Positions 38,901-48,789 of a stretch of DNA of 52,319 nt are shown here, piece after piece. Where the stretch lies: the IMG/VR virus record IMGVR_UViG_3300007539_000027, positions 1 to 52,319 of that record. The stretch is one strand, 5' to 3'. Position 1 is the stretch's first letter; every line of letters starts with the position of its first letter. Under the pieces are notes generated by a model. The model saw only the letters and a list, made by a program, of their open reading frames with translations, ran no database searches and had not been told where the DNA came from. A program made the position numbers and the translations under genes. This DNA comes from a virus (taxonomy: Duplodnaviria; Caudoviricetes).

Positions 38901-41900
38901 AGAAGAAATTACATCATCACACTCTTGTGCAAGTAGAAGAGGATCTTCAATAATATTGTAATTGGAATATGTAAGAGTTCTGGACCAGTTACCTGCTCTG
39001 TTTGGATTTTGAGGTGTAATAGTTACTAGACCTCTTCCCTCGGACAAGATGGTATCAACAATACCATAGTATGTGTCTAGTGCGCTTTCTACTTCAGCAC
39101 AATATGGAACTTGACTATCTACAAGAATTGTATTATCAACTACAGGAGTAATTGAGGTGTATGTTCCAGCAGCAAGAGTGTTTCTCATTGCTAAGATCAT
39201 AAGATCCTTTGCATATTCAAACGCTGCAAGACTTTCAGTCAACTCATTGTTGATAGAGAGTAGATTTTCGGAATATGGATACTTTGCTTTCTCGTAGTAG
39301 AGTTGTCCAAACTCTACAACTTTTTGGTTACCACCAAACTTAAGATGATAAACAAAAGCATCAACCAAGAAACCTAGATCACGCTCACACTTAGCACCTT
39401 TTGCATTCCAATTAACACCAGGATAATTTGCTTGCGCCCATCCGATAGTTTCTTCTTGGATATATGCTTTGTTTGCTGCGATTAGATTACCAGCATCATA
39501 GAATGTTCCGTTGTTGATACCACTGAGTGAGAATGTTGCTTGGTCTGTACCAGAGAACGAAATTGGAGCAGTAACCGTAATGCCAGGTGGAACACTGTAA
39601 GTATTACCAGGAGCAACTACACCAGTAGAAGTGGCAAAAGAACCAGTAGTTGCTGTGCCACTTAGTAAAGTGGTTCCTTGAGGAGCACCACCGCCACCAC
39701 CAGAGTTTGCCAACGCTGCTCTATTAACAGTTACTTGAGTGTCACTGTCGATAGATACAATCTTAGTATCAGCATGGAATGCTCTACCAGAACTGACATA
39801 CATGCCAACAGCAACGTTTGCAGTATCGGTTAGAGTGATAACAGAAGATCCTTGAATGTAGTTTACACCAATGTCAGTCCAATCCCAGTTTCTAATAGCA
39901 AGTTTTGCTAATCTAGAAGCATAATCAAAGATTGCTGTGCTTTCTGTTCTATTGTTTTGAATATACAGGAACTCATCGTCGGTATTGAAAATTTCAACAT
40001 AGTTGATTGTTTTTACATTACCACCAAATCTGACATCATGATCGTATGCTTCTACAATAGATCTAATGTTTCTTTCATAATCATCTTGTTTGGTGCTCCA
40101 ATCTAGATTTGGATATGTTGCTTTTGCCCAACCAATAGTTTCTTCAATAATAAATTCTGTATTTCTTTCAATTTGATTTGCAGCATCAATCCATCTACCA
40201 TTACGCTGGAAGATGTTTCTTACTTTTCTGAAGTGAATATCGTTATATTCGTTTCTCTTAAATGCAACATACTTACCGTAGAATGTTACTCCCTTATACT
40301 CGGTAACATCACTCTGGGCATTGCCAGTTTGTTTTTGGTTTGGACCCAGAGGTGGCTGACTAAAGATAATACGATCACCAGAAATAGTATAGGATATTCC
40401 TGGTTCTTGTAGAACACCATCTAAACTTATAATAAGGTTATATGCTGTGTATGGATATACGTTTACATTGTCCAAATCTTTAATTTGGAAACTTGTAGTT
40501 CCTTGCAGTCTACCGTCACTATCATAGTAACCATCAAAAGGTGCCGCCAGTTTAACTGGGAATGCACGCATTTCGTTGAAATTGAATTCACTGGTAGCAG
40601 CAGAACCAACCGCTTTCTTAATTCTTTGATTTTCAATCTTCTGAATAGACTGAGTAACAACTCTATGAGTGCTTTCAACAGTAATCTTATTCTTTTCTGG
40701 ATCCCAGAGTTGAATGACAGAGAAGTGGGAAGACTTTGGCATCTCTTCTGGCATTTCTGTGCCAGCTGTTACTTCAATGTCTACCTGACCAAATAGTTTG
40801 AAACCAGCAGGGTGTGTAGTAGATTTGATTAGTTCACGCCACTGATCAATTGGTGTCTTAGATTTGACAACGTAAGAATAATCTTGGTAGAAATTACTGT
40901 CAGTAATTCTTTGATTAGAATTACCAAGTCTACCTTTATCAGATTTATAATAACCAGAGTTATCATAAAATGCTTTTATATTATCAGTAAATGTTGATAC
41001 AAATACTTGACTAATAGTTGCGGTGATTGCAGGTCTTGGTAGAGATACAATCTGTTGGTTTTGTCTGAAAGTTCCTTGAATATTTCCAACTTTCAACAGG
41101 TTTGTATTTGATCTCCACTCTACAACTTCTGCTCTTGCAACTTCAGTGCCATTAATACGCTGTACAATAACTTCTCCCTTCAAGAAGTCTTCGGTAATAT
41201 TTGTAAGGTAGAATGTTGTACTTGAAGAGAAAGTAGATGAAACAGTCTTATCTAGATGATATGCTGCACCGTTATTAACGATAGAGACACTTCTAGGAAC
41301 ACCAATGTTGGTGCTAGTAGCATATAGTTCTGTATCTCCTTCGATAATTTCAATTTCTGGTTTGTAAGTATAACCTCTTCCAGGATTTACAAGTTTAATG
41401 TTATAGATCTCACCGTTTACTACAGTTATAGAGAATTGTGCTCCAGCTCCATCGCCATCAACAATAACAACCTTTGGGTTAACATAATTCGATCCTCTAG
41501 AAGTAACTTCAACATCAAGAATGTTTTGCGTCGCAATATCAAACAAAACATTTCCAGTTGCTTTAAAACTTGGAGATGGATCAACACCAGTGATTACAGG
41601 GACTTTCTTATAATTCAGTCCAAGGTTTGTGATGAGGAAAGAATTAATTTCCCCAACAGCAAACTGACCAGTAGTAGTATAAGTGATAGATCCAGAACCA
41701 TCAAATAGAGGAACTGAAGTAACCGAATATACAAAACGATTACTAGTAACATAAGTTACTTTCTTTGTTCCTTGTAGTGGATCTGTAATAATTTTAAGAT
41801 ATGCACCATCAGACGTTACTACATTCTTTCTATCATAGTAATAGAAATTAGTAAAATCTGTTCCTGTTTTTGTGCTATAATTATTAGATGCTATTCTGCT

Positions 41901-44900
41901 ACCAAAACCAAACTTGACTTCTGTAAAAGAACCTGGGTTTCCTGGTTGAATAAATGATGCAGTCTTCTCTACTGTCTCAAGGTTGAAACTTCTACTTGGA
42001 GACAAATCAAAGTAAGTCCCAGTTAGAGACGAATGAGACGTGTCAAACACATACTTGTAAAACTCCTGAATATCAATATTTGGATTGGGAGTAAATGTAG
42101 TATTGTCTTCTGAGAATTCAAACTTGTATGCTGTTTCTCCTGCACTAAAAATTTTAACCTGTCTGGCAGGAGTAGAGTTATCAAAGAAAGAAGAACTTTG
42201 TCCTACTTGTGCTGCATTTGATAGTAGAGTTGCATAGTCATAAACAATCTCAATTTTTTGAGTGTCTCTATCGTAAGATTGAATATATCCAGAATTGTTT
42301 CCAGTGAAGATTTGGAAGTTAGGATTAAAATTATACGTTGGTTTGTATAGGGATACTGCTTGACCATCATAGTGATCAACTGCTTTAGTTCCTTCTCTAG
42401 CGGTAAGCACAGTAAGTGTACTACCACTAACATTAGTGATTTCTAAAACTTCTTCGCCAACCTTGATAAGGTCACCGCTTGCATATCTTAGGGGATCATC
42501 AACAATCAATGCATTGGATCCTGCACCAAAACCAACATGGTCAACATATAGAACAAGACGTTGATTGCCCAAAGATCCACCAGATCTTACTAGACTTTCA
42601 TCATCAACGCCAAGATAGTCTGCTTTACTGTAACCAGAACCTTTTGCTTGAATAGTAACGCTAGAAACTAGTCCAGAGGTAGAAACTACGATGTTGGCAG
42701 TTGCACCTGTACCAGTTCCACCAGTAAGAGGTACATTATTATATGTGCCTGCAGTGTAATCAGAACCACTGTTCAATAGTTGGAACCTACCAACTCCAGT
42801 ATCATTGATAGTAGTATTTGCTACAGGAGTTTGTAGAACTGCTTCTTGATATAGTCTCTTTCTAAGATAATATGTCTTCGTCTTTGTTGTATCGTCTGGA
42901 TTGATACTAATAGTAACATCGTCACCAATACCCAGACCATGTGGTGCATCTGTTTCAATCAAAGCAACACTCTGATCAACAATAAATGGTTCTAGACCAT
43001 CACTCAAAGAGGTAAGTCTTACAAGTCTAGTTCCAGTGGTATCAAAGGTGCTTTCGGATTGAATGAAGTAATCGTCATCAATTCTCCAGTCACTAGTAGT
43101 GGGTGTAGCATATCCTTCCTCTTCTCCTAGATCAACCACTTTAATAGTAACAACATTTTGCTTGTTTGTTCCCTCTAGAACAATACCTTTAGCAATTGGG
43201 TTGTCTACACCATTCGTTAGCAGAAGTTCGTTTCCTTCTCCATAAGAACTATTTTGATCCAGTAGAATAGAGAAGGTTTTGATATCAGCAGAGAATGTTC
43301 CAGTCGTGTCAAACGTACCATTAACATCCTTAAGAACAATTAAGTTATCATTAGCAACTGTACCGACAATTTGACCAGACGCACCAGAAGATGGTTGTCT
43401 CAGGAAATCATCAGCAAACAAATATGCAGTTTGAATAGTTGTTAGTTGTACTACCTTTGTCTCTTTGCTTTGCAGGTAGTTTACACCTTTACCTTTGACG
43501 CTAGAGACTAGTGCCTCTACCTCAGATCCTTCAGTTCCCGAATTGTCAAAATATGCTTTTGAGTTTACCGAGAAATTGCCAGAAGAACGATATACATCAA
43601 TTCCTTCTACATTGCCAGAAGAAACATCAGAAATAAACCCGATAAATCCATCACCATTCCTAGTAATACCAGGAACAGAAAATCTCTTTGCGGTTTTTGG
43701 AATATCGTTTTGATTTATGTTAGAATTGTAATTGCTGTCTACTGGTAGAGAGTAGAAGCTATCACCTAGAATGTATGGATATTTCGGTACTTGATTGCTA
43801 TCAATAGTAATGAAATAAGCATAAGTTCCTTGCGGAAATTCTGGGGTAACACAAATTCTTCCATTGTTCTTGTCTAGTGAACCACTCTTGTGGGTATAAG
43901 TGTAGTCATTGACAAATGTGCCCAGTGGAAATCTGTTTATAGCAGGACCACCAGAGCGAGATCCATTGAGAGAATAACTAGAAGTCATCCTAACAATAGG
44001 AGACTGGGGATCTAGTGGGTTCTCGTGTCCAAACGGACCATAGATTGGATTGCCATCATAAGCAAAACCTATGATAGGTGAGTGAGTTTTAGTTGCTGGT
44101 TCTGTTCCAGCACTGTTAAGATTATCACTAAGACCAACTCTTAGTGTTTTAGGGTTAGCAAGATAACCATATCCATACTTAAGAACAGGATCATAGTTTT
44201 CAAATACATAACCATTCTCAGTGTCAACATCTGTTCCAAGTTTGGTGTATCTGTTGTAGTTCCATTCTTTTAGTTGAGGAATACCAACTGCACCAGTACC
44301 AGCGGGAATGATGTCTACAATGACACTTTCTTGGGTGTAGAAATTGCCTTCATCAATTTTCTCAAAACCAATGATCTTTCCATCGCCACCAACGATTGCA
44401 TTGTAACTAGCAAATCTACCACGACCAGCATTATCTCTAATTCTTACTAGAGGAGGTGAGGAATAATATTCACCAGGATTGTCAATTTGTAGACTAGTTA
44501 CCTTACCACCAGTAACAACAGCACGAACTACTGCTTCTCTACCAGAAGTAATGGTAATTTCTGGAGTTGTTGGGAAGATGTCATCAGTATCTACAATAAC
44601 ACTCTCAACAACCTGACCAGAAAGAATTGCTCTTGCTTTACCAGGAACTTGGTCAATCAATACATATGGTGGTGCATCATATCCTCTGCCCTGTGCATTA
44701 ATAGTAATCTTCTCTAGTTTGCCATAGTAAACGCTTTCAGTATCTTTGTAACTGTATCCTCTAACACCATTCAGAAAAATGCAAGTATCTGCTTTTGGTG
44801 TTTTGTATTCTTCAGTAGTTACTGTTGCTCTTTTACGGATTAATCGTAGGATGTTTTGATCCAGTACATCTACGGTTACTTTAGAACCATCTAAAATATT

Positions 44901-46352
44901 ATGTGATGGATAACCAGAAGATGTGATATAATAGTATTGGTCATCTTCATGAATAGAAGTTACATTAGTTGTAACTTGATCTAGTCCTGCTTGGACTGAT
45001 GGTAAAGTGGAAGCAGATACTGCTTGACCTTGATCTAAGATCCAGCGGGTATCATTTGTGCCAACTTTAACAATCTTAGGATCAGATGTAGTAAATCCAG
45101 GAGAAGATACTTCAATCTTATCACCAACACTGGAATATGGATGACTATCACTTGGATTTGCAGTGTAGATAACACCAAACGATAGGAGTGTTACTCCAGA
45201 ACCAGAAATAGTAACTGGTTTATATACAGGAGTATCTAGAGGAATAGGTTGAGCACCAGATACCTGTCTTTGATTAATGATAAACTGTGTTGCGTTCTTT
45301 TCTTTGAACGTAATCGTCTCATTGCCAACAAAAACAGATCCTTCATTACTCCAACCACGAGTTGAGAATACGTTAATTCTATCCCCCGAGGATGCAGTTC
45401 CTGCAAGGGATCTCGTCAGTCTAGTTTTGGTAGATACAGCAAATTCACCATTTACCGTCTCTGGAGCAAGAATAATCTTATAGATGGTTTCTCCATCTCT
45501 CTTGCCATCAGTTTGTACATTGTCTACAGTAGCAGATGCATATCCATATTCATCTGTTGCTTCTTGTACAATAACTTTTCCAATCAAAGTTTTTGGATCA
45601 CCACTAAGTGCAGTACACTTAATAGCAAAAGTATTAATCCAATCAGCATTAGAAGACTTGTATGTAAAGTCTCTTGGTTTGTATACCTCAGGTTTGTCAT
45701 TTACATCCTGAGTTACAATAGTATTAAAGATAAACTTGATAGAACTTGTTGTTCCTTTTGCCTTATAGAACTTCTGAATGTTCTTGATAAGGGTTCTTTT
45801 ATCGATTTCACCTCTGAGATACTTCTCGGGGAATGAACCAAGGTACTGGTTCTCAAAGTTCTTAACTAGTGCATACAAGAATAGGTTACTTACATTGTAA
45901 ACCTTTTGTCCTGAAGAGTGCGCTGCGGCATCTGTACTAATAAAATTGCTTGCCTCATATAGGTCACCAAGAGATGTGTTGCCACTAATACCTCTAGAGC
46001 ATTCTTGGAATTCGGTGTCTGTCCTGCTAGCATAGAAGATGATCTCATCGCCAATGCGGATGTATCCGTTCTTCTTTGGGAAGGATTGTGCATCTGTTAC
46101 AGTGATTGTAGTATCGCTGCTGGTAATGTCTGCTGTTAGACTATCATGCTGCTTGAGAATGTTTTTCTCGTAGTAATCGATATCAGCATACTTCTGAATG
46201 TTGTTAATAACATCCAAAGTGCCACCTTGTACTTCCTGTGCTTCATAATACTTCTGAACGAACTTACTAAACTGTTCGTATTCATCAGAAATAAAAGCAG
46301 GAAGCTGCGATTCGATCAGAGTGGAAATTCTCTTAGTCTTTACAGCGGGCAT
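35973..46352 (-). CDS. gp7: Baseplate wedge initiator (gp7-like), greatly expanded (3459 aa)
   Basis: ISTLIESQLPAFI, LIKNIQKFYKAKGT, DSNFYQDYSYVVKS...WRELIKSTTHPAGFKLFG; position between gp6 and gp8. Confidence 0.82.
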   Translation of the reverse strand: MPAVKTKRISTLIESQLPAFISDEYEQFSKFVQKYYEAQEVQGGTLDVINNIQKYADIDYYEKNILKQHDSLTADITSSDTTITVTDAQSFPKKNGYIRIGDEIIFYASRTDTEFQECSRGISGNTSLGDLYEASNFISTDAAAHSSGQKVYNVSNLFLYALVKNFENQYLGSFPEKYLRGEIDKRTLIKNIQKFYKAKGTTSSIKFIFNTIVTQDVNDKPEVYKPRDFTYKSSNADWINTFAIKCTALSGDPKTLIGKVIVQEATDEYGYASATVDNVQTDGKRDGETIYKIILAPETVNGEFAVSTKTRLTRSLAGTASSGDRINVFSTRGWSNEGSVFVGNETITFKEKNATQFIINQRQVSGAQPIPLDTPVYKPVTISGSGVTLLSFGVIYTANPSDSHPYSSVGDKIEVSSPGFTTSDPKIVKVGTNDTRWILDQGQAVSASTLPSVQAGLDQVTTNVTSIHEDDQYYYITSSGYPSHNILDGSKVTVDVLDQNILRLIRKRATVTTEEYKTPKADTCIFLNGVRGYSYKDTESVYYGKLEKITINAQGRGYDAPPYVLIDQVPGKARAILSGQVVESVIVDTDDIFPTTPEITITSGREAVVRAVVTGGKVTSLQIDNPGEYYSSPPLVRIRDNAGRGRFASYNAIVGGDGKIIGFEKIDEGNFYTQESVIVDIIPAGTGAVGIPQLKEWNYNRYTKLGTDVDTENGYVFENYDPVLKYGYGYLANPKTLRVGLSDNLNSAGTEPATKTHSPIIGFAYDGNPIYGPFGHENPLDPQSPIVRMTSSYSLNGSRSGGPAINRFPLGTFVNDYTYTHKSGSLDKNNGRICVTPEFPQGTYAYFITIDSNQVPKYPYILGDSFYSLPVDSNYNSNINQNDIPKTAKRFSVPGITRNGDGFIGFISDVSSGNVEGIDVYRSSGNFSVNSKAYFDNSGTEGSEVEALVSSVKGKGVNYLQSKETKVVQLTTIQTAYLFADDFLRQPSSGASGQIVGTVANDNLIVLKDVNGTFDTTGTFSADIKTFSILLDQNSSYGEGNELLLTNGVDNPIAKGIVLEGTNKQNVVTIKVVDLGEEEGYATPTTSDWRIDDDYFIQSESTFDTTGTRLVRLTSLSDGLEPFIVDQSVALIETDAPHGLGIGDDVTISINPDDTTKTKTYYLRKRLYQEAVLQTPVANTTINDTGVGRFQLLNSGSDYTAGTYNNVPLTGGTGTGATANIVVSTSGLVSSVTIQAKGSGYSKADYLGVDDESLVRSGGSLGNQRLVLYVDHVGFGAGSNALIVDDPLRYASGDLIKVGEEVLEITNVSGSTLTVLTAREGTKAVDHYDGQAVSLYKPTYNFNPNFQIFTGNNSGYIQSYDRDTQKIEIVYDYATLLSNAAQVGQSSSFFDNSTPARQVKIFSAGETAYKFEFSEDNTTFTPNPNIDIQEFYKYVFDTSHSSLTGTYFDLSPSRSFNLETVEKTASFIQPGNPGSFTEVKFGFGSRIASNNYSTKTGTDFTNFYYYDRKNVVTSDGAYLKIITDPLQGTKKVTYVTSNRFVYSVTSVPLFDGSGSITYTTTGQFAVGEINSFLITNLGLNYKKVPVITGVDPSPSFKATGNVLFDIATQNILDVEVTSRGSNYVNPKVVIVDGDGAGAQFSITVVNGEIYNIKLVNPGRGYTYKPEIEIIEGDTELYATSTNIGVPRSVSIVNNGAAYHLDKTVSSTFSSSTTFYLTNITEDFLKGEVIVQRINGTEVARAEVVEWRSNTNLLKVGNIQGTFRQNQQIVSLPRPAITATISQVFVSTFTDNIKAFYDNSGYYKSDKGRLGNSNQRITDSNFYQDYSYVVKSKTPIDQWRELIKSTTHPAGFKLFGQVDIEVTAGTEMPEEMPKSSHFSVIQLWDPEKNKITVESTHRVVTQSIQKIENQRIKKAVGSAATSEFNFNEMRAFPVKLAAPFDGYYDSDGRLQGTTSFQIKDLDNVNVYPYTAYNLIISLDGVLQEPGISYTISGDRIIFSQPPLGPNQKQTGNAQSDVTEYKGVTFYGKYVAFKRNEYNDIHFRKVRNIFQRNGRWIDAANQIERNTEFIIEETIGWAKATYPNLDWSTKQDDYERNIRSIVEAYDHDVRFGGNVKTINYVEIFNTDDEFLYIQNNRTESTAIFDYASRLAKLAIRNWDWTDIGVNYIQGSSVITLTDTANVAVGMYVSSGRAFHADTKIVSIDSDTQVTVNRAALANSGGGGGAPQGTTLLSGTATTGSFATSTGVVAPGNTYSVPPGITVTAPISFSGTDQATFSLSGINNGTFYDAGNLIAANKAYIQEETIGWAQANYPGVNWNAKGAKCERDLGFLVDAFVYHLKFGGNQKVVEFGQLYYEKAKYPYSENLLSINNELTESLAAFEYAKDLMILAMRNTLAAGTYTSITPVVDNTILVDSQVPYCAEVESALDTYYGIVDTILSEGRGLVTITPQNPNRAGNWSRTLTYSNYNIIEDPLLLAQECDDVISSVDSLSANISSILAQQSVTQALPDFIDGETKEFELYWDNNDPVNTQEDEDLFVTLNAVLQRPKYTEDYPGEDAYFIDRSVIPNKIKFDVAPIWDQDLGAKTIGEPTAMEKISMIGVGNYKRLTVDYQLVDGVKSGPFLILDVEDYKVQSIDAKDNLYVFLDGVLQREGYSYSVAGPNIYFTVPIQKEVKIDMRYLYGRDVGQILNLYDYSPDTYYARGVFTINDIDTSVLDNYTKYQWMGDKIGFPIQVWQIQPTGLKTMIGEVSNYYFDGTDVTWDLKTQNAVVDTSLDIVFAVAGAYDRTYTIPSSAFSNASIVYETDDAGRKLLRDDNAKWFGTVLRKSYRNPFVYLSNGDKIRVEGENEFRSIKQLPEQATSKEGRDNTPLSNEIYGAVNIESYTGVTRGEGLSVIANVENGVVVSLTWNQRSFDPITQPTAYGYFTPPVLKFIPGNGQGGGAKAHVLVEPLRGQVLSVDLIDGGSGYTEAPLVVVSRRFDILQERDIGVSLVNIGINTNITGFGMNGVSTIDTISDAGINAIDSISSVTFGAITDANITINRQLTPDEIEVFSIGGTLDPKRDYIQIFSETGTSADEVQVIDVFYDATEVTSGVQSVQTFNSVSTVSRVITQIEQIEIPNTAISNVNFFEVGAYLQVDLDPTDNVVYIADTAKFKAMGQLLIGNEMVEYARKINDRFLNVTRGRKGTTAQFWAAGTFLRQIPEVVSVASVGIVTIESESDVTMVSASAAAGGFERKVQRQVAAPADFSINVVTPEMLITPPPGGVIDGYQETAFLSDPLIQRNGNAVDLIDVDGQYTVVKRDTTEVEIFNSLFRATSEYVGNYTRTNAGHTISMFDGIFDPGFANVSGYTLSDIDFYFPTLRISDFAERGNSSYTQSGLYFNYAPPSIQNPVTTTITTGTVPSTLIVQDTTHFPSEGYLFTSSGSVIQYTGKQPAAFTGCTLFRGPDAVANGDDVIPFTII

Positions 46353-46356
46353 TTAC

Positions 46357-48150
46357 TTACTCTTTGTATGCAGTGAACGAGGAATTCGCAACGTCAACGT
46401 CAAGATAGACCTCACGGACTGCCTTGATATCATTAGAAAGTGGTTTTACTCTTACCGAAATACGATTGTCAAAGAAACTGCCCTTGATAATAGTCAGGGC
46501 ATACATTTTCAGTTCACCTTTTGCATAATCAATATCGCCAACTTCGCTGTCGAGGACAACTTTTTCACCAGTTACGCTATCTAGTCTATATAGGACGATT
46601 TTACCATCCTTGTCCTCCAGATAAACATCAAAATTAGGGTATTCAGTAACCCTAAAACCAGTAGACGAAAGAACAGGGTCGTCGCAGTCAACGTCGAACG
46701 CATTTTGGAAACAAATTTCATAATAGAAAGTAGAATTGAGTTGAGGATAAAAGTCTTTCCTCATTGTAACAGATGTTAAGTTAGAGTTGATAGCACGGTC
46801 TGTGTCATCAATTACAGCAATTGCTTTACTGTATCTAAACTTACCATTGAACTTCTCAGTATCACTTGTATCAAGATAAGACTGCATCGCACCAATCACT
46901 TTGTCTCTGATCTGAGCAGGTGTCTCATCAGTCTTGTTTCTATCATAGTAGATCTTACTGTTCAACTCAACAAACAGAATTGATGGGTCAATAATCCTTG
47001 GTTCGACAGATGCAACAGTATACTTCTCTAGTTGTTCGACAATTTCTGCTTTTGTTAGAGAAGATAGGTAACTTGCATCCTTTGGTTTCAATGCAATAAA
47101 AACTTTACCGTATTCTGGTGGATCTTGATCTTCACCACCAAAGATAATGATATCACTAGTTGCTGGATAGATCTGACGAACGATTGCTTCATAGTCACCA
47201 GAGGTCACTGCACGGTCCTGTGTGCCGTATGCCTTCGGTGCAGTGTATTTGATGCTAGCAGTGCTTTCAATCTCTTCACCGCCTGCAGAGGCGATTGTAG
47301 AGGTGATAGAGACGTTAGTATTAGGTGTCTGACCATTGTTGTTCTCTAGAACACCAGAGAAGATGAATGCTCTTACACCATTGCTGTCTGGACCAGATGT
47401 GGTGATGTACGATACTTCAATACGAGCACCGTTCTCTAGTTTCCTTCCTAGAACACCGTCACCCATAAGAATTTCATATCTTTCATCCTCAATCTCATCA
47501 AGGAAGAATACTTTAGATGTGCTATCTACACCAAGAATATTTTCTGCTAGTAGATATGGTTCATTGAAACTACCACCAGTAGGATATACTTTTACTCTGA
47601 TGGTGTTTGTGTCAATGTTACGGTTGTCAAGAATAAACCTTTGCGACTTGAGTGCCGTATTGACAGTAAATGTATTTGTGAGATATGTTCCCTCTCTTAC
47701 AGGAACATCTGTGAAAGTGGCGACACCATTTGCTACTTGTGCTTTTGCATCATCAGTAACAACATACTGATATAGTGTCTCATCATAGTTTGCTACAAAT
47801 CCTGTGCCTGCTCTTAGATTGAGTTCAGTATCAGTTGTAGGATTAACATAAGTTGCCGTAAAAGAGACATATGCAGTAGGAGCAGTAGCACTCTTGGGTC
47901 TGTACCCTAGTTGCTTCGCAATCGCTACTACGTTGTCCCTCAAGGTGGCGCTATCAATGAATAGTTCATTGACCACCATATTGGTGTTAAAGGCAGTATA
48001 ATACGTGTTATACGCCAGTGTGTCGATTAGAACGGATAATGCACTACCTTCAAAATCGTAGTCAGTAAAATCCGACTGTGCTCTCAAGTAGTCCTTGAGT
48101 TGCGCTTTGATTTGTTCAAAGTCTAAATTGGCAACCTGAGTATAAGGCAT
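46357..48150 (-). CDS. gp6: Baseplate wedge subunit (T4 gp6-like)
   Basis: LDFEQIKAQLKDYLRAQSDFTDYDFEGS, LAYNTYY, QDRAVTSGDYE, PPEYGKVFI. Confidence 0.93.
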   Translation of the reverse strand: MPYTQVANLDFEQIKAQLKDYLRAQSDFTDYDFEGSALSVLIDTLAYNTYYTAFNTNMVVNELFIDSATLRDNVVAIAKQLGYRPKSATAPTAYVSFTATYVNPTTDTELNLRAGTGFVANYDETLYQYVVTDDAKAQVANGVATFTDVPVREGTYLTNTFTVNTALKSQRFILDNRNIDTNTIRVKVYPTGGSFNEPYLLAENILGVDSTSKVFFLDEIEDERYEILMGDGVLGRKLENGARIEVSYITTSGPDSNGVRAFIFSGVLENNNGQTPNTNVSITSTIASAGGEEIESTASIKYTAPKAYGTQDRAVTSGDYEAIVRQIYPATSDIIIFGGEDQDPPEYGKVFIALKPKDASYLSSLTKAEIVEQLEKYTVASVEPRIIDPSILFVELNSKIYYDRNKTDETPAQIRDKVIGAMQSYLDTSDTEKFNGKFRYSKAIAVIDDTDRAINSNLTSVTMRKDFYPQLNSTFYYEICFQNAFDVDCDDPVLSSTGFRVTEYPNFDVYLEDKDGKIVLYRLDSVTGEKVVLDSEVGDIDYAKGELKMYALTIIKGSFFDNRISVRVKPLSNDIKAVREVYLDVDVANSSFTAYKE

Positions 48151-48542
48151 TATCGTGTACGCTCTAGAAATAGATCAACCGTAATTGCATTGTCATCCCT
48201 TCCAACAAGAGTAAAAGACAATTCGACTTCATAACCATTGTTTTCATAATCAGGGAAACAGAAGATGTTATCAACCTTTACCCTAGGTTCATACTTGTTG
48301 ATTACCTCAGCAACAACCGACTTGATTTGAGCACTAGTAGCATAATCAAGTGGTTCAAATAGCATACGACGAAGATTAGATCCCAACTCAGGTTGAAATG
48401 GACGCTCACCTTTATTTGTCAACAGCAAATTAGAAATAGACTGCACAACTGCAGCCTTATCCTTCACCTGCACCAAGTCATTTGATACAGGATGCTTCTT
48501 AAAAGTAACACTCAAATCTTTGAATGTCGGGAAGGTAGGCAT
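48150..48542 (-). CDS. gp25: Baseplate wedge subunit (T4 gp25-like)
   Basis: AVVQSISNLLLTNKGERPFQPELGS...LFEP...YEPRV. Confidence 0.93.
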   Translation of the reverse strand: MPTFPTFKDLSVTFKKHPVSNDLVQVKDKAAVVQSISNLLLTNKGERPFQPELGSNLRRMLFEPLDYATSAQIKSVVAEVINKYEPRVKVDNIFCFPDYENNGYEVELSFTLVGRDDNAITVDLFLERTR

Positions 48543-48566
48543 CTAGACACAGCAATAGGCTGAATC

Positions 48567-48573
48567 TATTTAT
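48567..48573 (-). promoter_or_regulatory. Late promoter motif
   Basis: Minus-strand ATAAATA about 25 nt upstream of gp25 ATG. Confidence 0.6.
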
Positions 48574-48789
48574 TCACTGATGCCAACGCTCTACAAAGTC
48601 ATCAAATCCACCAGCACCACCACAAGGGCGCTCTAGACGATCTTCGGGTAGTGGATATAGTTCTTCCCTTTTCTTTGCTTCACGTTGCTTTCTAGCAAGA
48701 TCTAGATAACGATCAGCATCGGTTTCAGTAATAAGGGTCATCCCTTCATCAATAAAGTTTTGTCCTTTATCAACTCTGCTGTTGCCCAT
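48574..48789 (-). CDS. Hypothetical protein (71 aa)
   Basis: ORF filling the gap before gp25, overlapping the upstream gene end. Confidence 0.65.
   Translation of the reverse strand: MGNSRVDKGQNFIDEGMTLITETDADRYLDLARKQREAKKREELYPLPEDRLERPCGGAGGFDDFVERWHQ

Noticed and set aside
10656-46352. Inteins or introns explaining the giant ORFs
   Set aside because: No intein splice motifs or homing endonuclease motifs seen; frames are uninterrupted; size is explained by domain accretion
1547-47770. Many short plus-strand and alternate-frame ORFs in the ORF track
   Set aside because: They lie inside long minus-strand genes, lack motifs, and are expected shadows of codon bias
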